Origin: Felis catus
Taxonomy: Eukaryota
Assembly (NCBI RefSeq): GCF_018350175.1
Contig: NC_058368.1
Span: 223,698,001-223,762,000 of the forward strand
DNA length: 64,000 bases
Direction of reading: 5' to 3'
Positions 12,750-26,691 of the stretch are shown here, one piece after another. A program made the translations under genes and the position numbers. Each line of letters starts with the position of its first letter. Position 1 is the stretch's first letter. Below the pieces are notes generated by a model, which saw only the letters and a list, made by a program, of their open reading frames with translations, was not told the DNA's origin and ran no database searches.

Positions 12750-13680
12750 TAATGAATGTATGAAATTCTCACATTATCAACTCTGACACCTTTAATTCTC
12801 CTTGGGGGTGGATTCTGTTCCTTTACTTCCATCTGTCACTTTACCAATAACAGTGATCTTCTCATCACCAATACCCCCTGCCCCCACTTTATATTTTTAT
12901 CAACATCCAGCCTTGCCTACTTCTTGGCTTATGGAAATAGTCCTATCTGGGATTTAGGCTAATCAACTTCTTCTCGAAACACCATCTGCTCTACTTCCTT
13001 ATGACTCACCCCCTTATTTCCTAGAATTCCATCATTCTGGCTTCTTCTATCTTATCAAAATAAATTTTACTTGATTCCAGTGCATCTCACTATGATCCCC
13101 TTTCTCTTCTCTCCTTCAATGCCAAGTTTCTTTTTTTTTTTAATTTTTTTTTAACGTTTATTTATTTTTGAGACAGAGAGAGAGACAGAGCATGAACGGG
13201 GGAGGAGCAGAGAGAGAGGAAGACACAGAATCGGAAGCAGGCTCCAGGCTCTGAGCCATCAGCCCAGAGCCCGACGCGGGGCTCAACTCACGGACCGCGA
13301 GATCGTGAGATCGTGACCTGAGCTGAAGTCGGACGCTTAACCGACTGAGCCACCCAGGCGCCCCAATGCCAAGTTTCTTGAAAGGATAGCAGGTGTTCAC
13401 CACACGTTCCTTCCTTATATCACTCCAATCTGAAGATTATCTCCACTGCTGCATGAAGGAATTCTAACCTAGATCACCAATAACTTCTTCGTTGCTTACT
13501 CTTAATGCAACTTGCATTTCTCATATTAATTACATTCTCTGCAACATTTCACATGCTTCTTTTTTTTTTACTATTCTGTCTCCATGGTTTTTGTTTTGGT
13601 GATTTCATACCACACCTGATTTTTTTCTTCTATTGTCGTATTTCTTCTAAATGTTCCTGTTTCTGCAGATTCTGATCTCC
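12750..13680 (+). mobile_element. L2 ORF2 relic, split by a SINE
   Basis: 'ctccaatctg...cctagatcaccaataacttcttcgttgc...ctctgcaacatttcaca' matches the L2 RT region; the 5' limit is uncertain. Confidence 0.6.
13133..13364 (-). mobile_element. Can-SINE, young
   Basis: CpGs intact; perfect 15-bp TSD aatgccaagtttctt (13118-13132, 13365-13379). Confidence 0.97.
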
Positions 13681-13799
13681 TGTATCTGTCTCAGCTGAGT
13701 TCAAACAATATAACACCTCCTATTTAGTTTAAGGAGCTTACAATTGCCGACTTCCATTTTCTTCTTTCTAATATTTGCAATTTTATTTATATTTATTTC

Positions 13800-14075
13800 T
13801 ATTTCTGTCTTATGTCCACAATACATTATTTCTTTTAACTGAGACAGTCAATTTCATAGACTTAAAAAAGCAAACATATGTTCTATGTTTATCTTTTATT
13901 TACCATTCTTAAGGCTGTTAACTTTAGCATAGTTCACATTTCCATTTGGTATCATATTCCTTCTTCCTGAAGAACTATTAATAATATTTTTTGTAGTTCA
14001 GAGTAGGCCTCCTGCTAATGGATTATCCTGGCTTTCCAAATTTTGTTTCGTCTGAGGAGGTCTTTAATGCTCACA
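13800..14075 (-). mobile_element. L1M ORF1 C-terminal relic
   Basis: 'atttccatttggtatcatattccttcttcctgaagaact...ttttgtttcgtctgaggaggtcttta' is the antisense of the L1 ORF1 end. Confidence 0.65.
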
Positions 14076-14282
14076 TTTAAAAATACCATTACTGAGACAT
14101 AACTGACATACATATGTTTAGAGTTTAAAATACAATAACTTGCTATATTATCACCATTGAAACTATCATCACGAAAACTATCGTATCCATCACCCTCATT
14201 TCATTAGGCAACCAGTATTCTTTTTCAAGTTACTACGGGTTTTATTTTTTTTTAATGTTGATAAAGTCCTGCAAAGATTTCC

Positions 14283-14318
<36 letters not shown>

Positions 14319-14766
14319 GGATATATATATTGAAATATATTTATTTATATATATATTTATCTATGTATTTTTATATTATATATATAATCTTCCCCATATA
14401 CATTACATATAATCTTTTCCATATACATAATATTCCATATATATATTATTCATATATATGTGTGTACATATATATAATCTTAGGCTTTACATTTAAACCT
14501 ATGGCCAATTTTAAGCTAATATTTATATGGCACAGTCTCTGGATTGGAGTTTTCAATATGGCATATGGACAGATCATTGTTCCATCGCTAGTTGTTGAAA
14601 TGACTATCCTTTCCCCACAGAATTGACTTAGCACGTTTATCAAAAATCAGTTGTCTATATATGTGGGGAACTTCTTTTGGGGTTCTCCATTCTGTTTCCT
14701 TACTCTATGTATCTTTATACCAATACTGCATTTTAAATATAAGCCTAGAATATTAAAGAGTCAGAA

Positions 14767-14932
14767 GGGCACCTGGTTGTCTCAGTCAGTTAAGCGTCCA
14801 ACTTTGGCTCAGATCTAGATCTCACAGTCTGTGAGTTCGAGCCCCGCGTGGGGTTCTGTGGTGACAGCTCTAAGCCTGGAGCCTGCTTCAGATTCTGTGT
14901 CTCCCTTTCTCTCTGCCCCTCATCCACTCACA

Positions 14933-14970
<38 letters not shown>

Positions 14971-14998
14971 CTGAAAAAAAAAATAAATATTGAAAAAA
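14767..14998 (+). mobile_element. Can-SINE with a (TG)n tract
   Basis: SINE body; TSD aaagagtcaga / aaacagtcaga. Confidence 0.93.
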
Positions 14999-15779
14999 CA
15001 GTCAGAGAATGTTGGTCCTCCAACTTTATTTTTTCCTTCAAAATTGTTCATACTATAGGTCCTTTATAGCCCATACAGATTTTAGAATCAGTTTGTCAAT
15101 TTAATCCCCCCCACCACACACACACACGCAAATAGATAAAAATATGGTATTTTTGTATGGCATTGAGTTTAATCTAAAGATTAATTTGGGGAGAATTAAC
15201 ATCTTAACAGTATTAAGTCTCCACAATATATCTCTTCACCTTTTTTTTAATCACTGATACCTTTGCCAAGTAATGTATAATTTTCAATATACAGTTTTCC
15301 CCCTTATTTTGACAGAATTTCTCCCAAGTATTTAAAACTGTTGTTCCTATTGTAAAATATGTTGTCTAATATTTAAAATGCGTTTTTTGTAGTATTTATA
15401 ATATAGTTGATTTTTGCACTTTGATATTTTACCCAACAACCATGTACATTTACTAATCGCTGCCAGTATTTTTTTGTAAATACTATTGGATTTCCTAAAA
15501 CAATGCTTATGTTATCAGTGAGTAAAGACATTTTTGCTACTTTACTTCCATTATGGTTTCCTTTTATTTCTTTTTTATGGCTTATTGCCCTGGCTAGAAT
15601 ATCCAGTGTAATGTTAATTAGAAGTGGTAAAAAAGACCTTCTTGTCTTTTATCCCTCAGCATGGGGGAAAATACAAAACCTTCACTCTTTCACCATAAAA
15701 TATGATATTATCTGTAGATTTTTTTAGATAACTTTAATCAGGCTAAGGAAGTTTCTTTCTATTTTTCATTTGCTGATTT

Positions 15780-15988
15780 AAAAAAAAATGTTTATTCATT
15801 TTTTGAGAGACAGAGAGAGACAGAGCGTGAGTGAGGGAGGGGCAGAGAGAGAGGGAGACAGAATATGAAGCTGGCTCCAGGCTCTGAGCCGTCAGAACAG
15901 AGCCCACCCTGGGGCTTAAACTCATGGACCGTGAGATCATGACCTGAACTGAAGTCGGATACTTAACCAGCTGAGCCACCCAGGTGCC
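15780..15988 (-). mobile_element. Can-SINE
   Basis: SINE body; TSD gctgattt. Confidence 0.95.
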
Positions 15989-16172
15989 GCTGATTTTTTT
16001 TAAATAAAGAATGAATGTTGATTTTTTTTTTCTCAAATAACTTTCTGCATTGAGTAACCACGTAGGTTTTTGATAAGTTGTTTAAAGTGGTGAATTGCAC
16101 TGATTAATTTTCAGGTACTATATCAATCTTGCATTCTCATAATAAACTGCATTCAGTCATGACATATTATCA

Positions 16173-16386
16173 TTTAAAAAAAATTTTAATGTTTATGTAT
16201 AAGAGAGAGAGAAACACAGCTCAAGCAGGGGAGGGGCAGAGAGAGAGGGAGACACAGACTCTGAAGCAGACTTCAGGCTCTGAGCTGTCAGCACAGAGCC
16301 CGATGTGGGGCTTGAACTCACAAGCCATGAGATCATGACCTGAGCCGGAGTCAGACCCTTAACCGACTAAGCAACCCAGGCACCCC
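16173..16386 (-). mobile_element. Can-SINE
   Basis: SINE body; TSD atgacatattatca. Confidence 0.95.
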
Positions 16387-16849
16387 ATGACATATTATCA
16401 CTTTTATATGATATTGAATTTGATTGGATAAGTTTTTCAAAATAACTTTCATTTTTGTTTTCATGAAGAATATTGGTGGAAATACTAAATACATTTATCT
16501 TCAGAAATAAGACTAAAACAAATATGTTCTTGAATTAGCAGTATAGAACATTCAGTGTATACATTGAATCAATAGAAACTATGCAATTAATACAAATATG
16601 AGAGAAAGTAGAAAATTAATGTGCATTGATTGGTGGATCTGTAGTAGCTTGGAATCAAAGAGTACTTTCTCCTTTTGAAAATCAAGTAATATAATTCTCA
16701 AAATATTAAATATTGTAAAGGCAAAAATGATGATACATAGTTGGAGGAAACATTTGTTCTTCGCTCATATCAGGGAAGTAATATACAGAACTTAACCCTA
16801 ATGAATAAAAGCATTTTATAAAGACAACCTAGAAAGTTAATTACTAGAA

Positions 16850-17260
16850 AACATGTCACAAACTGAAAGTTAAACAAAATTAAAAAAAGAAGACAGCATA
16901 AAAGTTTAAAAAGAACTAAGACGAAACATCTTGTCATCTCAATAAATTTAAAGGTGTTTAATTCACCCATTAAATTTCAGTTCAGACTTAATAATAGGAC
17001 AAATCTGAAATTTGTGTCTTACATAAGGGATGTGCCTAAAACAAATCAATTCAGAAAATTAAAAAAATAAAAACATACACAATGATATGTTAAGCACACA
17101 CAAAATTATATTGGAAAGAAGGTTTTTAAAAAGGAGGAATAAAAATTTTCATATCAGCCAGATGAATGCAAAACATAACCACAAAACATAAACTAACCAA
17201 AGAAGATTTGTAACACTGACATTTTGCAGCATATACAAAAAACAAACTACTATGAACTTC
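16850..17260 (+). mobile_element. L1M ORF2 endonuclease-start relic
   Basis: 'ataaatttaaaggtgtttaattcacccattaaa...atttgtgtcttacataagggatgtgcctaaa' resembles the DNA for NVNGLNSPIK...ICCLQETHL. Confidence 0.6.
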
Positions 17261-17480
17261 TAAGGATAAGAAAGCCCTCCGTGCAAGGTTTTTGAAACAG
17301 TTCTACTATATAAGTTTACATGGAAAACATATTGAAAAACTGCATAAATACCAGCCTGTCTTTGGTAAAATTTAGTAAATTCATCACCGTGCTCTCTGTG
17401 ATGAATACAAAATTTGTTTCATAAAGGTTAGCATATTAAATTTAGGTTTACGTGTGATTATTGGCTTTTATGAGAATAGA

Positions 17481-17693
17481 TTTTTTTAATGTTTATTTAC
17501 TTATTGTGGAGAGAGAGAGTTAGAGAAAGCACGAGCCAGGTTAGGGGCAAAGAGAGAAACGGAGAGAGACAATCCCAAGCAGGCTCAGGGCTATCAGCAC
17601 AGAGTCCAACAGGGGCTCAAACTCACAAACTGTGAGATCATGACCTGAGCTGAAACCAAAGGTCAGCCGCTTAACTATGTCACCCAGGTACCC
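17481..17693 (-). mobile_element. Can-SINE (older subfamily)
   Basis: Antisense SINE with 'aatcccaagcaggct'. Confidence 0.92.
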
Positions 17694-18694
17694 AGAATTT
17701 TTTTAAATGCATATAATTTCATTTGTATTCAGGCATGACCTAAAATAATTTTAAGTACATAATCTATGACATATATGATTTAAGTATATAATCTATGACA
17801 AAATTTGAAGTGAGCTTCATTTTATGAGAAATAGAAATTCACTCTACAAATAGATATAATACTGTCTTTTGGTATTTCAAAAAAGAGTATTTTTCATTTT
17901 GTTTGGAAAAACCCTATACATTATTATAACAGCTAAAATTCTTTAATATTTAGCTATTTGTACAACCATAGCAATTGTTTTTACTCAGTGGTTCCCATCT
18001 GGCAGTTTAGTATATTTAGTACATTAAGGCTTTGTTCCACATTAGTAACTTTTTTAATGTTAGTATTTCATTTATGTTTTTATGCCGTAATTTCCTTTTG
18101 AATTACAAATGAAAATTTATTCCATAATATCTTTAAAATAGCACTAAAGCAAAATTATATTTGATTCCATTAAATTGTTAGATACTTATTTCTTCAAGTA
18201 ATTATATATATTTCTTCAAGTAATTATTTATTAGTGTACATGTCTTATGTTACTATTTAATTATCCAATGTATATTATTTATATTATTTATGCTACTATA
18301 ACCAGAAGCAGAAAATATTAACAAGTTTATTGATAAATTAAAAACAAAAGCAAGTTTAAAAACAAAGCCAAATGATTATAGAATCCAAGAATTGTGCAAG
18401 ATTTTTGATATATAACCTACATCCTTTATTTGGTTTCCTTTTCATTCATTACTTAAACTTATGCATGGGTGAAAATCGAGAGGGTGACCTTTTGCTAATT
18501 TCACTTCACTCAAAACTTGTGTGAATGTGACTGAACCAAGAAGGATTAAATTGTTTGTAAAATCCAATTTACCACTCTGAAGCACGTTCCCAGAAACGCT
18601 AGTCCTGAGACTTTAAAGTCATTTAAAAGGCTTTGCAATTCGGATCTAACTACAGTTGAATGATCTTAAAGAAAGTAGTAAAATACCTTGAAAA

Positions 18695-18695
<1 letters not shown>

Positions 18696-18738
<43 letters not shown>
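18696..18738. repeat. (TG)n microsatellite
   Basis: Directly visible. Confidence 0.95.
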
Positions 18739-18740
<2 letters not shown>

Positions 18741-19605
18741 AATGCAGTCCTGAACACCCGAACCCAACTTCTTCTGACCCTGCTTTTTTCTGAAATCTGA
18801 CCTGTTGAATTCAACTAGGTCTTCCTGCCTCCCATCATCTTTCCCTTCTTTCTCTCCCTCCCCCGTTTTCCTACATTCCTTCCCTCCTGTTTTAGGTCCT
18901 GGGCAACATATTGGTTCAAATAGTGAACAAGATTGAAATGGTTTTCTCCTGTAACTCCACTACTTTGAGATCAGATATAGGAACTGATCTGTATCAACGT
19001 ATGAATGTCCATTTATGTATGTGTGTGTTTTGTGTGTGTATGAAGAGAGAAACAGATACAGAAGGACAGAGAAAGATTTGAGAATGAGATTGTTTACTTT
19101 GATATTCTTTTAGTATGATATGACTTATAGAGTAAAAAGGAGTTTTACAAAACCTTTGTCTCCAACTAAAAGCAAGCTACTTGGAGTGAAGTTAATATTT
19201 TGTTTTCATTAAAGGAAATGAATAGATATGAGTTGTTTTAAAATGTATGAGGCTACTGATTTCATAAGGGATTTCCAAAGTTTTTCCTTTACTTTTTGAA
19301 GACTCTATAAAAAGTATATTGAAGATATAATCATATGGCATACCTATTTTGCAATATAAACCATGATGCTGTTAAATAGGTTGTGATTGAAATCAGACAA
19401 ATGTGCGTATAAAATACGGTATTATCTCTGAATATTAAATAAATAATTACATGATTATAAATTTAAATTTTGCATTAATCTCTAATCGTAGCCTAAAACC
19501 ACAAATGAAAATGTTTACGTTTGAATTATTCAAGCATTTGTGAGGTTATTATACTATAATAAGTAAACTTTGCATCTCACTGGATTAAAAAATATCCATT
19601 TTCTA

Positions 19606-19820
19606 AGGGTGCCATTTTCTAGGGGTGGCTCAGTCGGTTAAGTGTCTGACTTCAACTCAGGTCATGATCTCACGGTTTGTGAGTTCGAGCCCCGTGTCGG
19701 GTTCTCTGCTGACAGCTCAGAGCCTGGAGCCTGCTTTGTATTCTGTGTCTCCTCCTCTCTCTGCCCTTCCCATGTTCATGCTCTGTCTCTCTCTGTATCT
19801 CAATAATAAAAAATAAATAA
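19606..19820 (+). mobile_element. Can-SINE
   Basis: SINE body with its head disrupted by a short duplication; TSD ~ccattttct. Confidence 0.92.
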
Positions 19821-19849
19821 GTGGGTATATACATATACCCATTTTCTTG

Positions 19850-20195
19850 CTCACACACTTCCATCAGATAAGATTGGGCAGCTGGTTGGGGGAGGGGCTG
19901 TGGAGTGGGAGGGAGCATTGCTCTACCTCTGTCTTCCTGAAGGACCAAGTCTCATGGTTCCCACCACCATGTATCCATGATTTCCTAGGCAGGAAAATTA
20001 AATTAATGGCAATTCAACAGTGGCTCCTCAAGTTTCCATTTGGGAAATATGCCAGTCACCTCTGCTGACCTTTCATTTGCCAGTGCAAATCCCATGGTCA
20101 CACCAAACTTCAAAAGCGAAGTGAAGTACAATTTGATGATGTCCATGGAAGATGGAAAGCCAAAATTATATTTGAAAAGCAAAAATGAATATCAG
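19850..20195 (-). mobile_element. Old MLT1 (J/K/L-like) LTR relic
   Basis: 'gtcacctctgctgacctttcatttgccagtgcaaatcccatggtcacaccaaacttcaa'. Confidence 0.6.
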
Positions 20196-20196
20196 A

Positions 20197-20965
20197 TATA
20201 TCCACGTAAATGGCAAGATTTCATTCTTTTGGATTGCTGAGTAATATTCCATTGTGTGGGTGTGTGTATGTAAATATATATACCACATCTTCTTTATCTA
20301 TTCATATGTCGATGGATATTTGGGCTGTTTTCAAAATTTGGCTATTGTTGTAATGTTGCTATCAACATCAGGGTGCATATTCTTCTTTCTGGGTGGCTCA
20401 GTCGGTTGAGGGTCAGACTTCGGCTCAGGTCATGATCTGGCGGTTTGTGGGTTCCAGCCCTGCATCAAGTTCTGTGCTGACAGCTCAGAGATTCTGTGTG
20501 TGTGTGTCTCTCTCTGCCTCTCCCCTGTTTGCACTCTGTCTCTCCATCTCTCTCAAAGATAAATAAACATTTAAAATTTTTTAAAAAATCAGTATATTTG
20601 TATCCTTTGAGTAAATACCTAGTAATGCAATTGCTGGATCCTAGGGCAGTTCTATTTTTAACTCTTTGAAGAACATCTGTACTGTTTTCCACAGTGGCTG
20701 CACCAGTTTGCATTCCTACCAGCAGTGTAAGAGGGTTCCCCTTTTTCCACATCCTTACCAATATCTATTGTTTCCTGTGTTGTTAATTTTATTCTGACAG
20801 GTGGGAAGTGGTATCTCATCATGGTTTTGATTTGTATTTTCCTGATGATGAGTGATGTTGAGCATCTTTTCATGTGTCTGTTAGCCATCTGGATGTCTTC
20901 TTTGGTAAAATGTCTGTTCACGTCTTCTGCCCATTTCGTGATTGATTATTTGTTTTTTGGTAAAA
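20197..20965 (-). mobile_element. Carnivore L1 ORF2 C-terminus and 3' UTR fragment
   Basis: ORF 20658-20921 reads [32 protein letters not shown], the L1 ORF2 C-terminal region. Confidence 0.95.
20389..20588 (+). mobile_element. Can-SINE nested in L1
   Basis: SINE lacking its first bases, with an internal deletion. Confidence 0.9.
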
Positions 20966-21079
20966 GCCAGGTATGGCATAATATGTAATTCTTAATTCAT
21001 GATTATATAAGATTACAAATCTGGGTGTAAATTCATATTCACGTTTTACCTAATAACTACCATTTTAAAATACATTGAA

Positions 21080-21232
21080 GGCCACCTTGGTGGTTCAGTC
21101 CGTAAGCGTCTGACTTGGGCTCAGGTCATGATCTTGTGGGTTTGTGAGTTGAAGCCCCACATCAGACTCTGTGCTGACAGCTCAGAGACTGGAGACTGCT
21201 TCAGATTCTGTCTCCCTCTCTGCGCCTACCCC

Positions 21233-21284
<52 letters not shown>

Positions 21285-21311
21285 TCAAAATTAAATAAAC
21301 TTTAAAAAATC
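21080..21311 (+). mobile_element. Can-SINE
   Basis: SINE body with a long (CT)n; TSD aaaatac(a)ttgaa. Confidence 0.95.
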
Positions 21312-22171
21312 AAAATACTTGAATATTTGGTGATCACCTGCTTTTTAAATTTTTTCTTCTATTTATATTTTGACATTTTTTTACTCAATAAAATGGCTAT
21401 GACTTAATTTTTAAAAATGACTATCAATGTAATGATATAATTGTATACCTTAGAGTATCAAAAATTCAATGTGTGATTGAGGCACACATTGATATTAGTT
21501 GATGTGAAAAATTCAGCTGAAGATAGTTCAACGAGGTGAGACATGGGCTGAAAAATCCCCATGTATCCTGACTACATTAATAAATTTTTGTCAGATGAGA
21601 AATCGTAGTGTCATAGTCTCATCACCTTCTCCAAGTCTATCAGTTGTAGTCCAGGAGTCTTCAGTTTGGAAAGAAACTAATATCCTTAGACTCATGAGTA
21701 GCTGGCATTCTTTGGCTGGGCAGTCTGGTACCTTAAAGCATGCAATTTTGGTGTCAGTACTCAATACATATGTCTTTATGAAGATGGCTATGTTGTGATT
21801 TTCTGTTTTCACAATTATGATACTGGGAAGCAGAATCACTTCTAAATTCCAGTCTAGACAAATGGATTCTGTACCTCATAAGCATTTGCTAAATCACTTT
21901 CCCCATTGTCCCTGCACCCAAACATTAGCAACAGGCAAGATTGATACTTCAAATGGCACCCACAACTGAAAATGTCCCCATCTTTCCCAAAATTTTAGCA
22001 TCAAAAAAATATCTTAGTATTGCTACAGAATGGGATTTGTCCTGTTTGTATACTGTTATGTCCAGTGCTTAAATTTGATATTCTCTTCGTTATAATTTTG
22101 TGTTGGCTGTCTTCCATGGGACCCGTTCCTTCAGGCTTGTTTGTATCTCTGAGTCAAAGCTATTTCCAATT

Positions 22172-22341
22172 TATTTCCTATATGGTTTTTGTGGCTGCTG
22201 TAACCAATCAACACAAACTTGCTGGGTTAAAAGGACAGAAATTTATTCTCTCATAGGTATGGAGTATCGCCAAGCAGAAATCCAGGTGTCGACAGTATTT
22301 GGGCATGCTCTTCAGGGCCTATAGGGGAAAATCCACATCTT
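22172..22341 (-). mobile_element. MLT1 LTR fragment
   Basis: 'gtggctgctgtaaccaatcaacacaaacttgctgggttaaaaggacagaaatttattctctcatag'. Confidence 0.75.
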
Positions 22342-22499
22342 GTAGATAACCATTTTATTTGTCGATGTAAATTTTTAGTCTTTATCATGCACACATTTAT
22401 TTTTATTTATTTACAAGGTTTTCACAATTTTTTTTGCATGTTTAACATGTATTTAAGCATCATAATGATGTGTGAATCTATTATTGTGTGGTCTCTTTT

Positions 22500-23860
22500 T
22501 GCTTCCTAATCTTTGATACTCTCTACCGAAGCCATTACAGCTTTGGTAACTGATGTCAAGATTTCTCTCTCTGTCTCTCTGTCTTATATATATATATGAA
22601 TTGGGGAGTAAATATGGTAACATTCTGTATTATTTTCTCTCATGTTATATTTCTCACCTAACAAAACATTATGAAAATGCCTCCAAGCCTACTGGTATGT
22701 GTATATATACCATGTATACAAAATTTAAATATATATAGTGTATGTATATACACATGTATATACACACTATTTTTATACATATATTTAATATATATAAATT
22801 AAAAATATATTTACATATATGTGACTTATTTTTAAGAGCTGCATAATATTCTCCATTAAAATGCACCATTTTTTACTTAACCATTTCCTGTTGGTGGATA
22901 TTCTAGAAGTTCCCAGATTTCTGCTACTATAAAAGATACCAAAATAATAACTCTATAATGGTATATAGTGATGCTCTCATCTTTATAGATTTACTGTATA
23001 AAGTGAGTTTCTGCCTGAAGAGTGTATATTTTAATTTCAATTGCTGTATCAGATTGCTTTTAAAAACTACTTTTCTAATGCATATTTGTAACAGCAATGT
23101 ATGAGAATTCTGGATTTCTTATATTCCTACAAGCACTAGGTTTTATTATTTATTCAGTTTTCCCTAATGAGAAGAAATCTTTTTTATTGTTATTTTTATT
23201 CAATTTTTTTGACAACCTCTAAGATTGAGTATCTTTCCTTCAGTCTATTGGCAGCTTTGGGATTCTCTTTGGATATCCCCTTTCATGAATTCAAATTCTT
23301 TGCCAATTTTTTTTTATCACTCTGTATCTTTTTTTCTTAATTAGTAGCAGGTGTTTAAACAATGTTAGTATCAAAATTTTATCTCTGTTAAACACTTGCC
23401 AATTGCTTTGTTTTGAAGCTGTATAATGACACTGTTTTAAATTTAAAAGTATAAAACTTTGGATAGTAAATATTATATATATTATTGCTTCTTGCTTTCT
23501 TATTTCTAAATCTCCCTTTGTGTATGTGTTTACCCTACTAACATTTATTCATTACTCTTGATTATTTTTAAATATTTTACCTTTCATGCAGTTTGCACTG
23601 ATCTTTCTCTAGAGTATGAGGCAAATTTACAAATTTTGTTTCCAGATGCATAGCCCATTTTTTCAGCAAAGTACATATCCCATAGAAATGACATATCACT
23701 CTGTCATATATTAAATTTCTGTACATACTAGAATCTAATTTTGGAATCCTCATTCTGTTTCTGTAAACTATTTTCTATTATTAGTAAAACATTACATTGT
23801 TTTTGTTAAAAGTGCTTTGAGATATGATTTAATGTTTGATGACAAAACCTTTTCTAACTA
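22500..23860 (-). mobile_element. L1ME-like 3' relic
   Basis: 'gctgcataatattctccatt...ttacttaaccatttcctgttggtggatatt' and downstream antisense ORF2-like text. Confidence 0.7.
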
Positions 23861-23864
23861 TTCT

Positions 23865-24062
23865 TTTTTGTAATCTTTATTTATTTTGAAAAAGAGAGTG
23901 TGAGCAGGGGAGGGCCAGAGAGAGGGAGAGAGAGAATCCCAGGCAGGTTCTGAGCTGAAAGTACAGAACCCAATGTAGGGCTCAGTCCCATAAAAGGTGA
24001 GATCATAACCCAAACCGAAATCCAGAGTCGGACTCTTACCTGACTGAACCACCCAGGTACCC
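23865..24062 (-). mobile_element. Can-SINE
   Basis: Antisense SINE; TSD cttttctaactattct / cttttcctaaccattct. Confidence 0.93.
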
Positions 24063-25176
24063 TCTTTTCCTAACCATTCTAACTTTCCAGGAATTTAAAA
24101 TATTCTTCAGCATTTATCCTTTACCACAAGACCATAAAATTGTTTTATTTAAGAGTCAAGAACTTAAGAGATATATACTCAAAATGCATGTGCTTCTTGC
24201 AACTTTACCATCAGCCAACATTTTTTTTCCATTTCTCTATGAAAAAAAAAGATATTTTTAAATGGCTACTGAAGTCCACATACACTATGGCATTCATTTT
24301 CTCCTTTAAATATTGTGTTAATTTTGTGTCAATTCTTAGAGTGGATAAATATAATTTTTAACCATTACAAGTTAACCAATTTCACCATTATAATCCATTG
24401 TAAGAACTCAGAAATCTTTTATTATATAATCTATTCCAATATTTTGCTACTCTCCTGTCATTCATTACATCAATGCCTGTGACTTAGCTTCCCATTCTCT
24501 ATTTTGTGCTGTTTTTTTTTTCAGTGTTAATTCAGAAATCATCAATTAGTTCTTCCAGCTTACAATTTGTATCATATCTCTCAGGCTTTTGAGTGCCTAC
24601 TATTTTTCTGGAACAGATAATACTTAGATATCTTTGAATATTTTGGAATTGAAATCAGGACACCAAGAGATAGAAACCAGACAATGTTTTTCACAAACCT
24701 ACTGTTCTCTTTCAACCATACCACTAGCAATAGTCAGATCTTTTTCTGCATTGCTTCTGTCTTTTGCCAAATGATGAAAAGCTTAACTTTTTCTTAATTT
24801 TGTGAAAATCTTTGAATTTCCTTTAACAATGACCAAATTGATGGTAGGAAAGAAGATAAGAGGCGGTACCTTTCAAGTCTATAACTGATTCCCTTTAAGG
24901 TACACTGGGTGCAATCCCCCAAATTTAAGAGAATTTCAGACCATGTTATTACTTCTATTGTGTCATCAGTTTGAAGTTCATAAGATGGACATTTACAAAA
25001 TCCTTTGGAGAAGCAAAAAATGTAATTTTTTAAAAAAATTATAAATATGAAAGACTGAGAAAAGTCAATTCCTAAATAATAAACAAAAACAAAAACAAAA
25101 AACCTCCAGACTTGATCCCTCAGAACAGATATGGAAGGAATAGTGTGCTTGGCACACCTTATTTAAAACCAGTTAT

Positions 25177-25384
25177 GGGGCACCTGGGTGGCTCAGTCGG
25201 TTAAGGCTCTGCTTTTGTCTCAGGTCATGATCTCGTGGTTTGTGAGTTCGAGCCCTGCGTGGGGCTCTGTGCTGACAGCTCAGAGCCTGGAGCCTGCTTT
25301 GGATTCTGTGTCTCCCCCTCTCTCTGCTCCTCCCCTGCTCGCTCTCTGTCTCCCTCTTAAAAAATAAATAAACATTTAAAAAAT
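25177..25384 (+). mobile_element. Can-SINE
   Basis: Full SINE body. Confidence 0.95.
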
Positions 25385-25586
25385 ATGATTGAGGTAAAAA
25401 GAAAGTCGACAATAAAATGCAAGGATTTCAGTTGAATCTCAGGAGGTATGGTAATATATTAGAAATAAGAAAACTATGTGATCTAAAAGAAATCCCTTGC
25501 CTTCAAAAATCAGACATATTCACCAACATACGAGGCACCAGAATCAAGTGTATTTCATAGTTTCATTGCAAAAACAAAATATAGTA

Positions 25587-25772
25587 TTTTGCTATGTAAA
25601 AAAAAAATGTTTACTTGTTTTGAGAGAGAGAGAGGAGAGGGGAAGAGTGAGGGAGAGAGAGAATCCCAAGCAGGCCTCTGAGCCTACCCGGGGCTTGAGC
25701 TCCCCAACAGTGAATCATGACCTGAGCCATCAAGCGCCAGATGCTTAACCGACTGAGCCACCCAGGTGCCCC
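25587..25772 (-). mobile_element. Can-SINE
   Basis: Antisense SINE; TSD acaaaatatagt. Confidence 0.93.
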
Positions 25773-26691
25773 ACAAAATATAGTTCTTTCTTATGGAAGA
25801 AAATTTGATACCATTAAGTTTAAGGATGCCATCAAGCTTTCTTAGTGAAACCAATCATTCCTCACAGTATGGCGATACATTACTATTGTAAATGGACACT
25901 AACTACTAAAATGGCCTCTTGAAATAAGAACTAAAGAGGAACCCCTGTGGGGCTCTGAGAACCAGTATTTAGGAGTTAACAGTCATTTTAGCTCTTCACT
26001 ATTCTAATCATTCCACCTTTATCGATGCCAGGGAGAAAGGGTCCTGCTGAGAGCAGAGGAGCAGGAGACCATTATCAATAGCCATGCTTTAGTAGTTCTG
26101 CTCGCTTTGGTGTAAAGGAATCCATGGCACATATCGTCAGTACAGATCTCAGGTCCATGGATTTTCTATAGCAATTACCTCGGGGTTAGAACGGTGATGT
26201 ACGAATGGAAGATTAGGACACTTGTGAACAAAGATTATGTTCAATGACCGTATTAACTAGAAAGATTATTCACAGATGCCCCCTGTTCACTGATAACTAC
26301 TCACACTCAACTATCCCGGTCATCCCGAGAGAAGCACACCGCACACGGATACTCCCCCCAAAACACACAGGAGGCTGCCCCAGGGACTTTGTCATCCACA
26401 TTGCATTTCTTCCTTTGTGTGTAGAATATAATTTTTTAACTTATTGATTAAAAAATAGAGGTACAAGTGAGAGTTCAGTAGTTTCACTTTCTGTCAGCTC
26501 TGTATTTATCACATCATATATTTTATTATGTGCTTTATTACCTTCCTGAGACCAACCCATGCCTACTTTCACACACACTCTACTGTTTAGACATACTCTT
26601 ACTATTTTCAGTGTCTCCATGTGGATTATGTGTGCAAAAAAAAGTATTTCTTAAAGAGAGGCTTTCAAGTTTTTCATCAGTTTTAACCAGG

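Larger units (their letters stand above)
14085..16480 (-). mobile_element. L1M 3' end and ORF2 relic with three nested SINEs and a (CA)n/(TA)n tract
   Basis: 'ttttagaatcagtttgtcaattt', 'taatttggggagaattaacatcttaacagtattaagtct', 'ggctagaatatccagtgtaatgttaattagaagtggt'. Confidence 0.85.

Noticed and set aside
26273..26291. CTCF-like word (minus strand AGTGAACAGGGGGCATCTG); another at ~37627-37643
   Set aside because: Both mismatch key 5' consensus positions and cannot be supported without a PWM scan or ChIP data.
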